A DNA stretch of 64,000 nucleotides from assembly GCA_041391425.1 (NCBI GenBank), contig JAWKNZ010000006.1:132045-196044 (forward strand), written 5' to 3'. Made by a program: the position numbers and the translations under genes. The stretch is from Bdellovibrionota bacterium (GTDB lineage: Bacteria > Bdellovibrionota_B > Oligoflexia > Oligoflexales > JAWKNZ01). The notes under the pieces were generated by a model. That model was not told the origin of the DNA. It made no database searches and worked only from the letters and a program-made list of their open reading frames with translations. Shown one piece after another: positions 30,014 to 39,698 of this stretch (position 1 is the first letter of the stretch; each line of letters opens with the position of its first letter).

Positions 30014-30471
30014 ACCCCAGCCTTTCCTCCAGATTTTTCTATTAACTTAAACTCTCCAAGCCAGGCACCCGGATCAACTGCTTTTATCATGTCGTATATA
30101 GTAATCGCTGCCATATTAGCAGCAACAAACGCTTCCATCTCAACACCAGTGGCTGCTTCCGTCATGGTCCTTGCCAAAAGATGAAACGCCGGATCATTAG
30201 AGTCTTGAAACTCAATGTGAATATCAACTTTAGAGAGTGGAACTTGATGGCACAACGGGATCAAAAAAGCAGTCTGCTTTGCGGCTTGGATACCAGCTAG
30301 CCGTGCTGTCGTAATGATTTCTCTTACTGCCTCGATCGTTAAAGCATCTCTACATGCTTCAGATATGCTTATTTTACCGCCAACAACTGCCTGTCTTTTC
30401 GTTTCTGCTTTTCCAGAGATATCTACCATAGTAGCTTCTCTGTTTTTATTTAAATGACTAAAATCACCCAT
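29986..30471 (-). CDS. moaC: cyclic pyranopterin monophosphate synthase accessory protein
   Basis: MVDISGKAETKRQAV, LIPLCHQVPLS and TGVEMEA blocks. Confidence 0.85.
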   Translation of the reverse strand: MGDFSHLNKNREATMVDISGKAETKRQAVVGGKISISEACRDALTIEAVREIITTARLAGIQAAKQTAFLIPLCHQVPLSKVDIHIEFQDSNDPAFHLLARTMTEAATGVEMEAFVAANMAAITIYDMIKAVDPGAWLGEFKLIEKSGGKAGVWTRNQCGE

Positions 30472-30550
30472 TTTATTATCTTTATATATTAACTAAACTA
30501 CTTTTATTAACAAAACCAAGGTTGCCTTATATTTTCTAGCATCTACTTCT

Positions 30551-30988
30551 TTAGCCATGCTCTGAACAGCGAGTCCAAGCCTTACTTCCATCCGCATAAA
30601 ATTCGTGCTTCCAAATCGGCACGCTAGCTTTCAATTGATCAATTAAAAATTTACAACCCAAAAAGCACTCTGTCCTATGAGGAGCTGCAACTTGAATCAT
30701 TACCGCCGTATCTCCAATTTCCAGACGGCCAAACCGATGCACACCGTGCACACGAGAAAGCTTAAACTCTTTTTGTGCTAAAGAGGTCAAGCGGGCTAAC
30801 TCCTTGAGTGCCAGTTCTCTATATACTTCATATTCAAGGTGTATCACTTCTTTACCGTGATTGTCATTACGGATGATACCTTCAAAGGCAACATAGCCTC
30901 CACAGGCAGCTGGCACACAAAAATTGCTCCTAAGTGCTTTAACATCGATAGGCTTATCAGTGAGTTCAAATCGGCACGTTTCATCCAT
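30551..30988 (-). CDS. moaE: molybdopterin synthase catalytic subunit
   Basis: FEGIIRNDNHGKEVIHLEYEVY and PIWKHEFYADGSKAW. The preferred start is ATG 30988, with GGAGGG 7 nt upstream, just after the moaD stop. The longest ORF extends to 31036. Confidence 0.85.
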   Translation of the reverse strand: MDETCRFELTDKPIDVKALRSNFCVPAACGGYVAFEGIIRNDNHGKEVIHLEYEVYRELALKELARLTSLAQKEFKLSRVHGVHRFGRLEIGDTAVMIQVAAPHRTECFLGCKFLIDQLKASVPIWKHEFYADGSKAWTRCSEHG

Positions 30989-30992
30989 TGAT

Positions 30993-31265
30993 CTACCCTC
31001 CAGCAACTGGAGGAATAAAGACCACTTGGTCTCCATTAGTTAGTACGCTATCGTTGCCCGCAAATTCATCATTTATCGCCACCCTTATATACTCAAAGCC
31101 CAGGGGAAAGTGGTATTTTTCTGACAGGCTGTAGTAAAGCGACTTGGGAGTTTCATTAGGTTCGACCACCACATCCTCTTCATCTTTGCTGGCTAATTCT
31201 CGTAGCTGCGCGAAATAGCGAACTTTTACTTGCATAAGCTGCCTCTTATCATCTTCATTGAGCAT
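30993..31265 (-). CDS. moaD: molybdopterin synthase sulfur-carrier subunit
   Basis: A 90-aa ThiS/MoaD-fold protein ending ..FIPPVAGG. Confidence 0.8.
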   Translation of the reverse strand: MLNEDDKRQLMQVKVRYFAQLRELASKDEEDVVVEPNETPKSLYYSLSEKYHFPLGFEYIRVAINDEFAGNDSVLTNGDQVVFIPPVAGG

Positions 31266-31515
31266 TACCGACTTCGATCATAGTCAGATAGACGAACACT
31301 ATAGCACACAAAGCATATAGATATCATTGCTGGATTTTACTTCCGTTCTAGATAGGCTTACTTGCCTATAAAATTAGCATTTATTAAGCCCCTTGGTCTG
31401 TATTCTCATCCAGGCCAAAGGCTAGTGCCAAATGATATCAACCCATATCCTTATTTTTCGCCTGCTATAGTAGAATTATAGATACCTTATCACTTAACAG
31501 ACGTACCAGATTTTT

Positions 31516-31811
31516 CGTCATTCTGAGCAAAGCGAAGAATCTATAAATTCGCACGCATCTTTGATAAGTTCGAGATGTTTCGTTTCACTCAACATGACGT
31601 TCCCGAATGCTCAATAGTCATAAGTTCGAGATGTTTCGTTTCACTCAACATGACGTTCCCGAATGCTCAATAGTCATAAGTTCGAGATGTTTCGTTTCAC
31701 TCAACATGACGTTCCCGAATGCTCAATAGTCATAAGTTCGAGATGTTTCTCCAACATGACGTTCCGAATGCTAAAGTCATGTTCGAGATGTTTCGCTTCA
31801 CTCAACATGAA
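31516..31811. repeat. family-A repeat with tandem amplification of the right arm (56-bp period, about 4.5 copies)
   Basis: One left arm cgtcattctgagcaaagcgaagaatct is followed by taagttcgagatgtttcgtttcactcaacatgacgttcccgaatgctcaatagtca starting at 31565, 31621, 31677 and 31733, plus a degenerate copy. Confidence 0.85.
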
Positions 31812-31890
31812 GTTCTCGCATGCTTAATGTGCAAGAGAAAGCACACTCAAAGAAGCATCACATTGATGAGTGAAAATAATCTTAATACCC

Positions 31891-32775
31891 CTAAAATGCA
31901 GAGCGCAAATCACCTATCAAAGTAGTTAATTGATGACGCAAATAAGCCCTTTGTTCAGAGTTCGCCAAAGCATCACGCCATGACAATTTTTCAATCCAGA
32001 GTGCCCTTCTTTTAAGATACTCTTGCTGAAATTTACCAATTCTCAAAAGTTCTGGGCGTTCGATCCATCGCAAAACTCTTTCATTGAGCTCTTTTCGAGT
32101 AGGCTTTTCTTTAAGGAAAGCAACAAAGCTTTCCTGGCTGGAGCGCCTAGAAGCCAAATGTTTTTCCAAATCTACTCTACTTACCGAAACTAATGTTTCA
32201 GTTATGAGGTCAGATTGCTTTTTCGTCGGGGCTCCATAAAATTTTTCAAATCCCTCTAGTTCATTTTCTAACCATTCCTCTTTAAGCTCTTTTTCAGATT
32301 TCTCTAACTTGTCTTTTATCCACTCGTTGCCATCTTCAAGATTACTAGCAAGTTCATCCAATTGTTTAGAAGACAAACTCAATAACAATTCACTTGCACC
32401 TTCTCCATGCGTTAGCCAAAATTCTTTCATTATTTTTCTAAAATTAACTAAGGAAGTCTGTATATCTTCTTGAGTTAACCCATCCTGTAATGTCTTTTCA
32501 AGGCGCTTTAATTCATCCACTATTGGAGCAAGCCAATAGGTCGGAACTTGCTTCCATATCTTATCGACATAGCCATCGAGTTTTTGCTTCTGATCGTCTT
32601 TAAGGCTGACATAGGTATAGATTTTTCTTTTTACTAGATAATCACCATTTGCAATCGCAAGGCGTCTAAAACTACAAGATGTGGATAAGAATAGATAAAA
32701 TACAATTAATAGCAAACAAGTAAAATACGATTTACTTGTAATAGTTTTCAGCACAACACACCCCAATGCTAGCAA
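31891..32775 (-). CDS. hypothetical lipoprotein (294 aa)
   Basis: Signal and lipobox FLSTSC, with a helical, charged body. It abuts the stop of the GT9 gene. Confidence 0.6.
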   Translation of the reverse strand: MLALGCVVLKTITSKSYFTCLLLIVFYLFLSTSCSFRRLAIANGDYLVKRKIYTYVSLKDDQKQKLDGYVDKIWKQVPTYWLAPIVDELKRLEKTLQDGLTQEDIQTSLVNFRKIMKEFWLTHGEGASELLLSLSSKQLDELASNLEDGNEWIKDKLEKSEKELKEEWLENELEGFEKFYGAPTKKQSDLITETLVSVSRVDLEKHLASRRSSQESFVAFLKEKPTRKELNERVLRWIERPELLRIGKFQQEYLKRRALWIEKLSWRDALANSEQRAYLRHQLTTLIGDLRSAF

Positions 32776-33897
32776 CTATTCTAGTTTATACTCAAACAAT
32801 TCAGCTGTTGCCTGAACTACCGCATCAACAGATACGCGGTCATAACACATCGGCTCATTGCTACAGTCTTTTTTCCAACAGGGCGAACAGGCTACATCAG
32901 CCTGAATTTTAGCACCTCGATCATACAAATCAATTTCTTGCGAACAACTAACACCAAACCAAGCTATAACTTTCTTTTTTAATGCGATCGCAATATGCAT
33001 TCCCAACGAACACCCTGAAAAAACCAGATCACAGCAATCGACCCACATCATTCCTGACCGCAAACCCTGATCTGTAGGTGTATTTACAACCATAGGGTCA
33101 TTTTCAAATGCGTCAAAAATTTGACGGTTGCGTTCTAAATCTTCCTTTCCCCCTAAAAGAGCGACGCAGTAGTCAGGAAACTTCGTACGCCACGCCTTCA
33201 CCAATTCAATAGAGCGTTCGATAGTGAGTTTTTTATTTGGATATAACAATGAACAACCTGTGTTATAACCAATAACACCTTTATGACTACCTACGATCTC
33301 CTGCCTACGGCGCACTATTTCTCTTTTTTCTGTCTCATTAAATTGTAATACATACGGATCCCGTTCCCAGGAAAGGCACATTGATTCTGTTAACTGCTGC
33401 GTCTCCGGTTTTTGATTTTGATAAAACTTCAAATTATCATCTAAACCGACATCATATTGATAACTCGCTTCTTTATTCAAAGGGCGGATAGCACCATAAG
33501 TATTCAGGCCGAAGCCTAACTTTTCCTTAGCCTTCATATGTTCGACTAATGAGCCTGCTTCAAGGGATTTATCAACACCTAGCACCAGATCAAACTCCAA
33601 ATACTGAACTAACGCTAAAGATTGGTGGCTTAAGCTAAGTAGTCTGTCAATATAAGGATTATCCTTAAGCAAGGGTATTGCATTGGCATATGTGATCCAC
33701 GTAATATGAGCAGTTGGATATTTATGCTTTAGTGGCGGTAACAAACATGTCGATCTAAGCACTGCTCCCATAGCTTCGAGGCTTACGATCGCAATACGTT
33801 TTTCTGGAGCCAGATACTCAGAGCAGCCGCTGCAACTTCTCTTAAATTTACAAGGCTTATATCCAGTGAACCAGTGACAATCAAACTTGTATTCCAT
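32776..33897 (-). CDS. glycosyltransferase family 9 (heptosyltransferase-like) with an N-terminal Cys-rich extension
   Basis: RIAIVSLEAMGAVLRSTCLLPPLKHKYPTAHITWIT resembles the GT9 N-terminal block. The C-terminal Rossmann half carries the LVFSGCSLGMHIAIAL motif. Confidence 0.65.
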   Translation of the reverse strand: MEYKFDCHWFTGYKPCKFKRSCSGCSEYLAPEKRIAIVSLEAMGAVLRSTCLLPPLKHKYPTAHITWITYANAIPLLKDNPYIDRLLSLSHQSLALVQYLEFDLVLGVDKSLEAGSLVEHMKAKEKLGFGLNTYGAIRPLNKEASYQYDVGLDDNLKFYQNQKPETQQLTESMCLSWERDPYVLQFNETEKREIVRRRQEIVGSHKGVIGYNTGCSLLYPNKKLTIERSIELVKAWRTKFPDYCVALLGGKEDLERNRQIFDAFENDPMVVNTPTDQGLRSGMMWVDCCDLVFSGCSLGMHIAIALKKKVIAWFGVSCSQEIDLYDRGAKIQADVACSPCWKKDCSNEPMCYDRVSVDAVVQATAELFEYKLE

Positions 33898-34031
33898 AAC
33901 TCAATCCAAACCATTTCTAATTCAAAAAATACTTATTCCATTCAATACCTAAACCGTTCAAATCAGATTTTCCACATGTTATCCACTTTACAGAAATAAA
34001 GCATAACTTAGAGTATAATAAATAGAGCAAT

Positions 34032-34061
34032 ATTACATGTCATACATGTATGACATGTAAT
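34032..34061. promoter_or_regulatory. 30-bp perfect palindrome in a divergent intergenic region (candidate operator)
   Basis: attacatgtcatacatgtatgacatgtaat equals its own reverse complement. It lies 135 nt from the GT9 start and 40 nt upstream of the ldcA ATG. Confidence 0.5.
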
Positions 34062-34100
34062 TATTAAATTAATACAGATGGTTATGAGGTAGATCAGTAT

Positions 34101-35012
34101 ATGCCGCAGCAGCCAGGGAAAGAACAAAAAAATAAACTGCCAACTATTCGTATTATTAGGCCTAGTAGCCGTGAGAAAGACTCCAGTCTGATTGGCAAAA
34201 TTGACACTTTAGCTAGCTTTGGATTTCCCATTAAATTTGACAACCTAACAAAAGACGGTGGGCAAGATTGGGAAGCAAACTCATTGACAACCAGAGTGCA
34301 TGAGTTAAATCAAGCCTTTCTTGAGCCAGATAGTGATATCGTATTTTGTGCTCGTGGTGGTTATGGTGCGAGTGATCTATTACCTCTTATTGCTTGGGAA
34401 AAACTCAAAGGCAGTAAAGAAAAGCCCATAATTGGTTTTTCTGATATTTCAGCTATCCTTTCAGGATGTTATACAAAGCTAGGTTGGAATGGCATCCACG
34501 GACCCATGCCCATTACTGACCTTTGGAACACCAATGGCAGCTCTGATGTCCATATGCTCTTTGAGTATTTAACAAAAAAACAAAACTCATTCAAAATCCC
34601 AATAAACCCATTTCAATCGAATAGAATTGATCACATAGAAGGGTGGATGTTTGGGGGATGTTTTTCTGTATTAACAAATCTAATTGCAACTCCATATTTC
34701 CCAACATCACTTGCTGGTGCGATCTTATTTTTCGAAGACGTCTCCGAAGCCCCTGCTAGAATTTTACGTTACTTGAATCAATGGATACAATGTGGATGCT
34801 TATCACAAGTAAAAGGAATCATCCTCGGAAGATTTTTTGACAATGATGAAGCAGGTGAGCAAAACCAAATCATTCTTCACAAAGAATTTCTACAACGAAC
34901 TAATCTCCCAATCTTCACCAGCAACGCTTTTGGCCATGTTAGCCCTAATTTGCCAATTAGAATTGGTGCCCAAGCATCCGTCGAATCAGAGTGGCTAATC
35001 TGGCATTCTTAA
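34101..35012 (+). CDS. ldcA: muramoyltetrapeptide LD-carboxypeptidase (S66 family)
   Basis: CARGGYGASDLLPLI, the nucleophile block IIGFSDISAIL and the C-terminal FGHV motif. Confidence 0.8.
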   Translation: MPQQPGKEQKNKLPTIRIIRPSSREKDSSLIGKIDTLASFGFPIKFDNLTKDGGQDWEANSLTTRVHELNQAFLEPDSDIVFCARGGYGASDLLPLIAWEKLKGSKEKPIIGFSDISAILSGCYTKLGWNGIHGPMPITDLWNTNGSSDVHMLFEYLTKKQNSFKIPINPFQSNRIDHIEGWMFGGCFSVLTNLIATPYFPTSLAGAILFFEDVSEAPARILRYLNQWIQCGCLSQVKGIILGRFFDNDEAGEQNQIILHKEFLQRTNLPIFTSNAFGHVSPNLPIRIGAQASVESEWLIWHS

Positions 35013-35120
35013 TTGATACTAAAGGAAGTTAATCCTATCAGAGAAGATCGTACATTTGGTACATTGACAAACAGTTAGAGGCAACGCAGTATGATAGGTT
35101 TTTGCTCCCCTTAATATATG

Positions 35121-35518
35121 CGGGATCTGAAATTTTTTGAAAAACTATAGTATTTTCAAAGGATTCGAAGTTCGCTCGGGTGCTAGGCGCGAGGAGGAGG
35201 GAAACCGCAGTGTACATGTTGGTACATGAGGATTTCGACGACGAAGCACGACGCAACGGCAAATTCGAATTCTCAACGGATTCGAAGTTCGCTCGGATGC
35301 TAGGCGGAGGAGGAAACCGCAGTGTACATGTTGGTACATGAGGATTTCCTGACGACGAAGCAACGACGCAACCGGCTAGAAATTCGAATTCTCAACGGAT
35401 TCGAAGTTCGCTCGGATGCTAGGCGCGAGGAGGAGGGAAACCGCAGTGTACATGTTGGTACATGAGGATTTCCTGACGACGAAGCAACGACGCAACCGGC
35501 TAGAAATTCGGATCCGGG
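35121..35518. repeat. family-B element with its core triplicated in tandem (117-119 bp period)
   Basis: The left end is cgggatctgaaatttttt plus the hairpin ttgaaaa-8nt-ttttcaa. The core ggattcgaagttcgctcgg...ggaaaccgcagtgtacatgttggtacatgaggatttcc... starts at 35161, 35278 and 35397. The right end is gaaattcggatccggg. Confidence 0.9.
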
Positions 35519-35608
35519 ATATATGGAGCTATACTCAAAATAAACTATAGTTTAGGATAGAACAAACAAAAGAACCGAAGTTATCTCTCATTAAATCACG
35601 AGGGCAAA

Positions 35609-37078
35609 ATGGATAAGCTTGAAAAGGGAGCTAGAATTTATTTCATGGGAATTGCTGGCACAGGTATGGCGGCAGTTGCTGGCTTAATGCAAGAAGCCGG
35701 ATATAAAGTATGTGGAAGCGACAATGAAGTCTATCCACCCATGTCAACAATGCTAGAAGACCTACAAATCCCTTTCAAGACGCCTTACGCAAAAGAAAAT
35801 CTTAACAAAGATAATGTTGACATTGTAGTTGTTGCCAATTGTCTTTCTCGAGGCCATGTAGAGCTAGAACACATGCTTTCTGAAAACATTCCCTATACAA
35901 GTTTTCCAGAAATCTTAGGTGAATGCTTTCTAAATAATCGTACGAGCCTTGTCGTCACTGGCACACACGGCAAGACGACCACAACTTCAATACTGACACA
36001 CCTTCTAACTGAATTAGGAGAAGATCCCAGCTATATGATAGGAGGAATTCCAAGAAATTTTAACAAAAGTTTCCATTTAGGCAGCGGCTCATGCTTTGTC
36101 ATAGAAGGGGATGAGTATGATACTGCTTGGTTTGATAAAGAGTCAAAATTTTTACACTATAAACCAAATTATTTGCTTTTTAATAATTTAGAGTTTGACC
36201 ACGCCGATATTTTCAAAAGCCTCGCCGATATTGAAAAAATGTTTTCAAAATTTTTAGACCTTGCGACAAGCCCTAAACGTATAATTGCAAATATTGATGA
36301 TAGTGGCGTTGCTAATTTACTACAAAAAAAAGGGCTAAAAGACCATATTACTTCTGTTTCCATGCAAGACGAAAATGCAGATGTCTTTCTCGGCAGAGCA
36401 AAGATAACTGCTAACGAATTAGGGCAACAAAATTGTGAATTCTCTGTGACAACAAAACAATTTGGAGAATTTGTAATTAAAAGTAAATTAGTTGGAAGTC
36501 ATAATATGGCAAATATCGGTCAAGCTATCGGTTGCTTAGCCTCCATGGCTCAACAAGAAGAGTTTCACAAACAAATAACCGGTACAAATATCGCAAACGC
36601 GATGGAGTCTTTCAAAGGAGTGTGTAGACGTTTTGATCATATCAGTTCCATAAACGGCATTGATATATTTGAAGACTTCGCTCATCATCCAACTGCAGTT
36701 GGAAAAGTCATTGAAACATTTCGAAAGACTTATCCAACAAGGCGGCTGGTTGTTGCTTTTGAACCCAAGAATGCAACCTCTAGGAGAAATGTTTTTGAAG
36801 CTGCCTACGCTGAAAAACTTAGCGGAGCGGATGAGGTGCTGATCGGAAAATGCCCTGTCGACATAAGAATTCCTAAAAATGAGCGTATGAATGTCAACAA
36901 TATACAATCTGGAATAAAAACTACGGCAAAAGTTTTTACTGAAAATGAACAACTGCTAGAACACCTCATCGAAACCCTAAAGTCAGGTGACTCAGTAGTC
37001 TTTATGTCCAGTGCAAGTTTTTCTGGTATACAACACAAATTACCTTCAGCATTACAGGCAAAAAATGCTACAGCTTGA
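35609..37078 (+). CDS. mpl: UDP-N-acetylmuramate:L-alanyl-gamma-D-glutamyl-meso-diaminopimelate ligase
   Basis: IYFMGIAGTGMAAVAGLMQEAGYKVCGSDNEVYPPMSTML and the P-loop VTGTHGKTTTTS. Linked to ldcA. Confidence 0.85.
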   Translation: MDKLEKGARIYFMGIAGTGMAAVAGLMQEAGYKVCGSDNEVYPPMSTMLEDLQIPFKTPYAKENLNKDNVDIVVVANCLSRGHVELEHMLSENIPYTSFPEILGECFLNNRTSLVVTGTHGKTTTTSILTHLLTELGEDPSYMIGGIPRNFNKSFHLGSGSCFVIEGDEYDTAWFDKESKFLHYKPNYLLFNNLEFDHADIFKSLADIEKMFSKFLDLATSPKRIIANIDDSGVANLLQKKGLKDHITSVSMQDENADVFLGRAKITANELGQQNCEFSVTTKQFGEFVIKSKLVGSHNMANIGQAIGCLASMAQQEEFHKQITGTNIANAMESFKGVCRRFDHISSINGIDIFEDFAHHPTAVGKVIETFRKTYPTRRLVVAFEPKNATSRRNVFEAAYAEKLSGADEVLIGKCPVDIRIPKNERMNVNNIQSGIKTTAKVFTENEQLLEHLIETLKSGDSVVFMSSASFSGIQHKLPSALQAKNATA

Positions 37079-37251
37079 GCAATAAAATGGGTAATAAGCT
37101 GCAATCTGATCTTTAAATAGCAAATGACAATGAATATTTAAAAATAAATTGTGGCAAGTATGCATCAAAGCATTGAATTTCCAAAATCATTGTGAAATAC
37201 TCCTCCAGTAGTTATTGAAAATCCAATGGATGTACTGAGGAGATCTTAATC

Positions 37252-37764
37252 ATGTTTTTGAGTAAGAAACATACAATTGCAGCCTTAATCCTAGGCATGA
37301 GCATGGGCTTTGTAGGTTGTACCGATGATGAAGCAGCAGTTGAAGAGCCAATAGAGCAAAGTAGTGGCGAAGAACCCCTGGACCCAACTCCCGTTGAAGA
37401 GCCAGTTCCAGTAGAAACTGCAGCGCCGATAGCACCTGAAAGGATATTCTTCGGTTTTGATGATTACACTCTAAGCATGGAGTCTCAAGACAGACTTACT
37501 ACATTTGCAGAAAGCCTAAAAGCTGGCGGCAACTCTGTTGTTCAAATCGAAGGCCATTGTGATGAGCGTGGCTCTATTGAGTACAACCTTGCGTTAGGTG
37601 AAAAAAGAGCTCAGTCGGTGAAAAACTTCTTAGTTAATTTAGGAGTTGACGCTTCAAGATTGACAACTATCAGCTACGGCGAAGAAAAGCCTGCTTCTGA
37701 AGGACATGACGAAAGCGCATGGTCACAAAACCGTCGTGCAGAGTTTGTTATCTCCGGACAGTAG
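37252..37764 (+). CDS. pal: peptidoglycan-associated lipoprotein (OmpA-C domain)
   Basis: Lipobox GFVGC. OmpA-like block IEGHCDERGSIEYNLALGEKRAQSV...NRRAEFV. Confidence 0.85.
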   Translation: MFLSKKHTIAALILGMSMGFVGCTDDEAAVEEPIEQSSGEEPLDPTPVEEPVPVETAAPIAPERIFFGFDDYTLSMESQDRLTTFAESLKAGGNSVVQIEGHCDERGSIEYNLALGEKRAQSVKNFLVNLGVDASRLTTISYGEEKPASEGHDESAWSQNRRAEFVISGQ

Positions 37765-37791
37765 TGTAAAGCTCAAAAAAGGGCTAAATAT

Positions 37792-37847
37792 AATGCCAGC
37801 TACTTAACCCCTAACACTTGAGGGATAAGGCTGGCATTTACAGTTTT
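37792..37847 (+). terminator. possible intrinsic terminator downstream of pal
   Basis: The 9-bp stem aatgccagc/gctggcatt encloses a structured 29-nt loop and is followed by a short T-run (tacagtttt). The loop is long for a canonical terminator. Confidence 0.35.
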
Positions 37848-38130
37848 ATCCTAATTTCTCTTGTTAAAATCTTGAGGAACAAGAAGTATACCCCCCCCAA
37901 TTATTAGCCACCTAATTAATGCATGGTACTAAACATCTGTACACAAAATGAACTAACTTAGCTCCCAAACATCATAAATACGTATTTTGCTCCTTTGAAT
38001 AAAATTAGCCAATTGCAAAGCAAACTTTAGCAATATATTGTAAGAAGTTCTAACTCGATGTTTTGAATTTATTAAACTGTCATATTCATACCTCGAACAA
38101 AACCAAATTTGGATTTATGGAGAGATATAA

Positions 38131-39698
38131 GTGGATACAAGTACTGCAATTGTCATAGTAGCCGTTGGTCTGTTCTTCGGGCTCATTGGCATAGGATTTT
38201 TCTTTAACAAAAAGCAACTTGCGGCAGCTTTTGAAACTGCCCAAGCGGAATCAAAAGCCATATTAGAAGAAGCACGCAAAGAAGCAGACAATATTGTAAA
38301 AGAAGCTATGCAAGATGCGAAAAACGATGCACGCAAAAAACGCAAAGCTTTTGAAGACGAAGCTAAAAAACGCCGCTCAGAAATTAGTAAGCTAGAAGCA
38401 AAACTAAAAAAACGAGAGCAAACCTTAGAAAAGCGCCTTGAATCTATCGACAAGAAAGAAAATGAAATTGAAGTCACTCAGAAGCGGTTAGCAAATGCTG
38501 AAAAGCGCCATCACCGACTCATTGCTGAATGTGAGGTGATGATAGAAAATAACCAAAAAACACTTGAAAAAGTCGCTAACATGTCTGTTGAAGAAGCAAA
38601 ACAGGAGCTTACCAAAAGTCTAGAAGAAACGGCGCGGAAAGAAGCACAAGAGACCATCCGTAAATTAGAACAAGAAACAAGAAAAGAATCCGTAGCAAAA
38701 GCACAGGCCATTATAAGCCTCGCAGTCCAAAGAACTGCTGGCAACTACGTAAACGATTCAACCATCACAGTTGTGGCCCTTCCAAGCGAAGAGATGAAGG
38801 GGCGTATCATAGGAAGAGAAGGTCGTAATATCAGGGCTATCGAACAAGCAACTGGAGTGGACCTTATTATTGATGACACTCCTGAGGCAGTCATAATCTC
38901 GTGCTTTAACCCAGTACGCCGTGAAATGGCAAAAATAACGCTTGAGCATCTTATCGCCGATGGACGCATCCACCCGGCAAGGATTGAAGAAACTGCGAAG
39001 AGAATTGAAGCAGACTTCGAATCGCTGTTGAAAGAAAACGGCGAGCAAGCAGCCTTTGATGTTGGAATTACAGACCTCCACCCAGAAATATTGAGCCATT
39101 TAGGCCGTCTAAAATACCGCACCGCAGGAATGCAAACAGTGTTACAGCATTCTGTCGAGACTGCGCATATTTGTGGCATGTTGGCGTCTGAACTAAATCT
39201 AAAAACACGCAATGCCAAAAGGGCTGGGCTACTACATGACATAGGCAAGGCCGTAAACCAAGAAACAGAAGGAAGTCATTGGGAAATTGGTGCTAGCCTA
39301 TGTGAAAAATACGGCGAACACGAAAGTATCGTTGAAGCTATAAAACTCCATCACGAAGATGATTTAGACTTCGCAAGTCCTCTTGCGGTGATAGTAAATG
39401 CTGCAAATAAATTATCCAGCAGTCGCCCGGGCGCTCGTAAAGAAGTTATGGAAACCTTTGTCAAGCGCTTGTCAGATATGGAGGCCATAGTTAATTCCTT
39501 CGAAGGCATTGACTCTGCTTATGTTTTACAAGCAGGCAGGGAAATTAGAGCACTTGTCTCTCCAGAAGGGGTAGATGATCAAGAAGTAACTGACCTTTCA
39601 AGTGATATCGCCGTTAAGCTTCGTAACGAACTAAGCTTCCTGGACAAGTCCGCGTTACCGTTTTACGCGAAAGCAGACATGTGGATTACGCCAAGTGA
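38131..39698 (+). CDS. rny: ribonuclease Y; the last ~20 codons are shifted by a 1-nt deletion
   Basis: GTG start, an N-terminal TM helix, a coiled coil, a KH domain (GRIIGREGRNIRAIE) and an HD domain (LLHDIGKA). The canonical C-terminus SFPGQVRVTVLRESRHVDYAK-TGA is readable in the -1 frame from about 39640 and ends at 39696-39698, overlapping the ymdB GTG. Confidence 0.9.

Noticed and set aside
31266-31515. A Moco riboswitch in the leader of the moaD operon.
   Set aside because: I read the minus strand of the leader and could not find the conserved Moco-motif core sequences. The region is dominated by family-A repeats. This needs a covariance-model scan before any claim.
35038-35363. ORFs 35038-35262(-), 35145-35363(-) and 40536-40724(+) as genes.
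   Set aside because: They are contained in family-B repeats, with periodic translation, no RBS and no coding-like composition.
38115-39248. Long antisense ORFs inside rny (38115-38477, 38511-38744, 38745-39248, 38758-39099), with similar cases inside clpC, mpl and moeA.
   Set aside because: They overlap strongly supported genes on the opposite strand and have low-complexity, Ser/Cys-rich translations typical of antisense frames.
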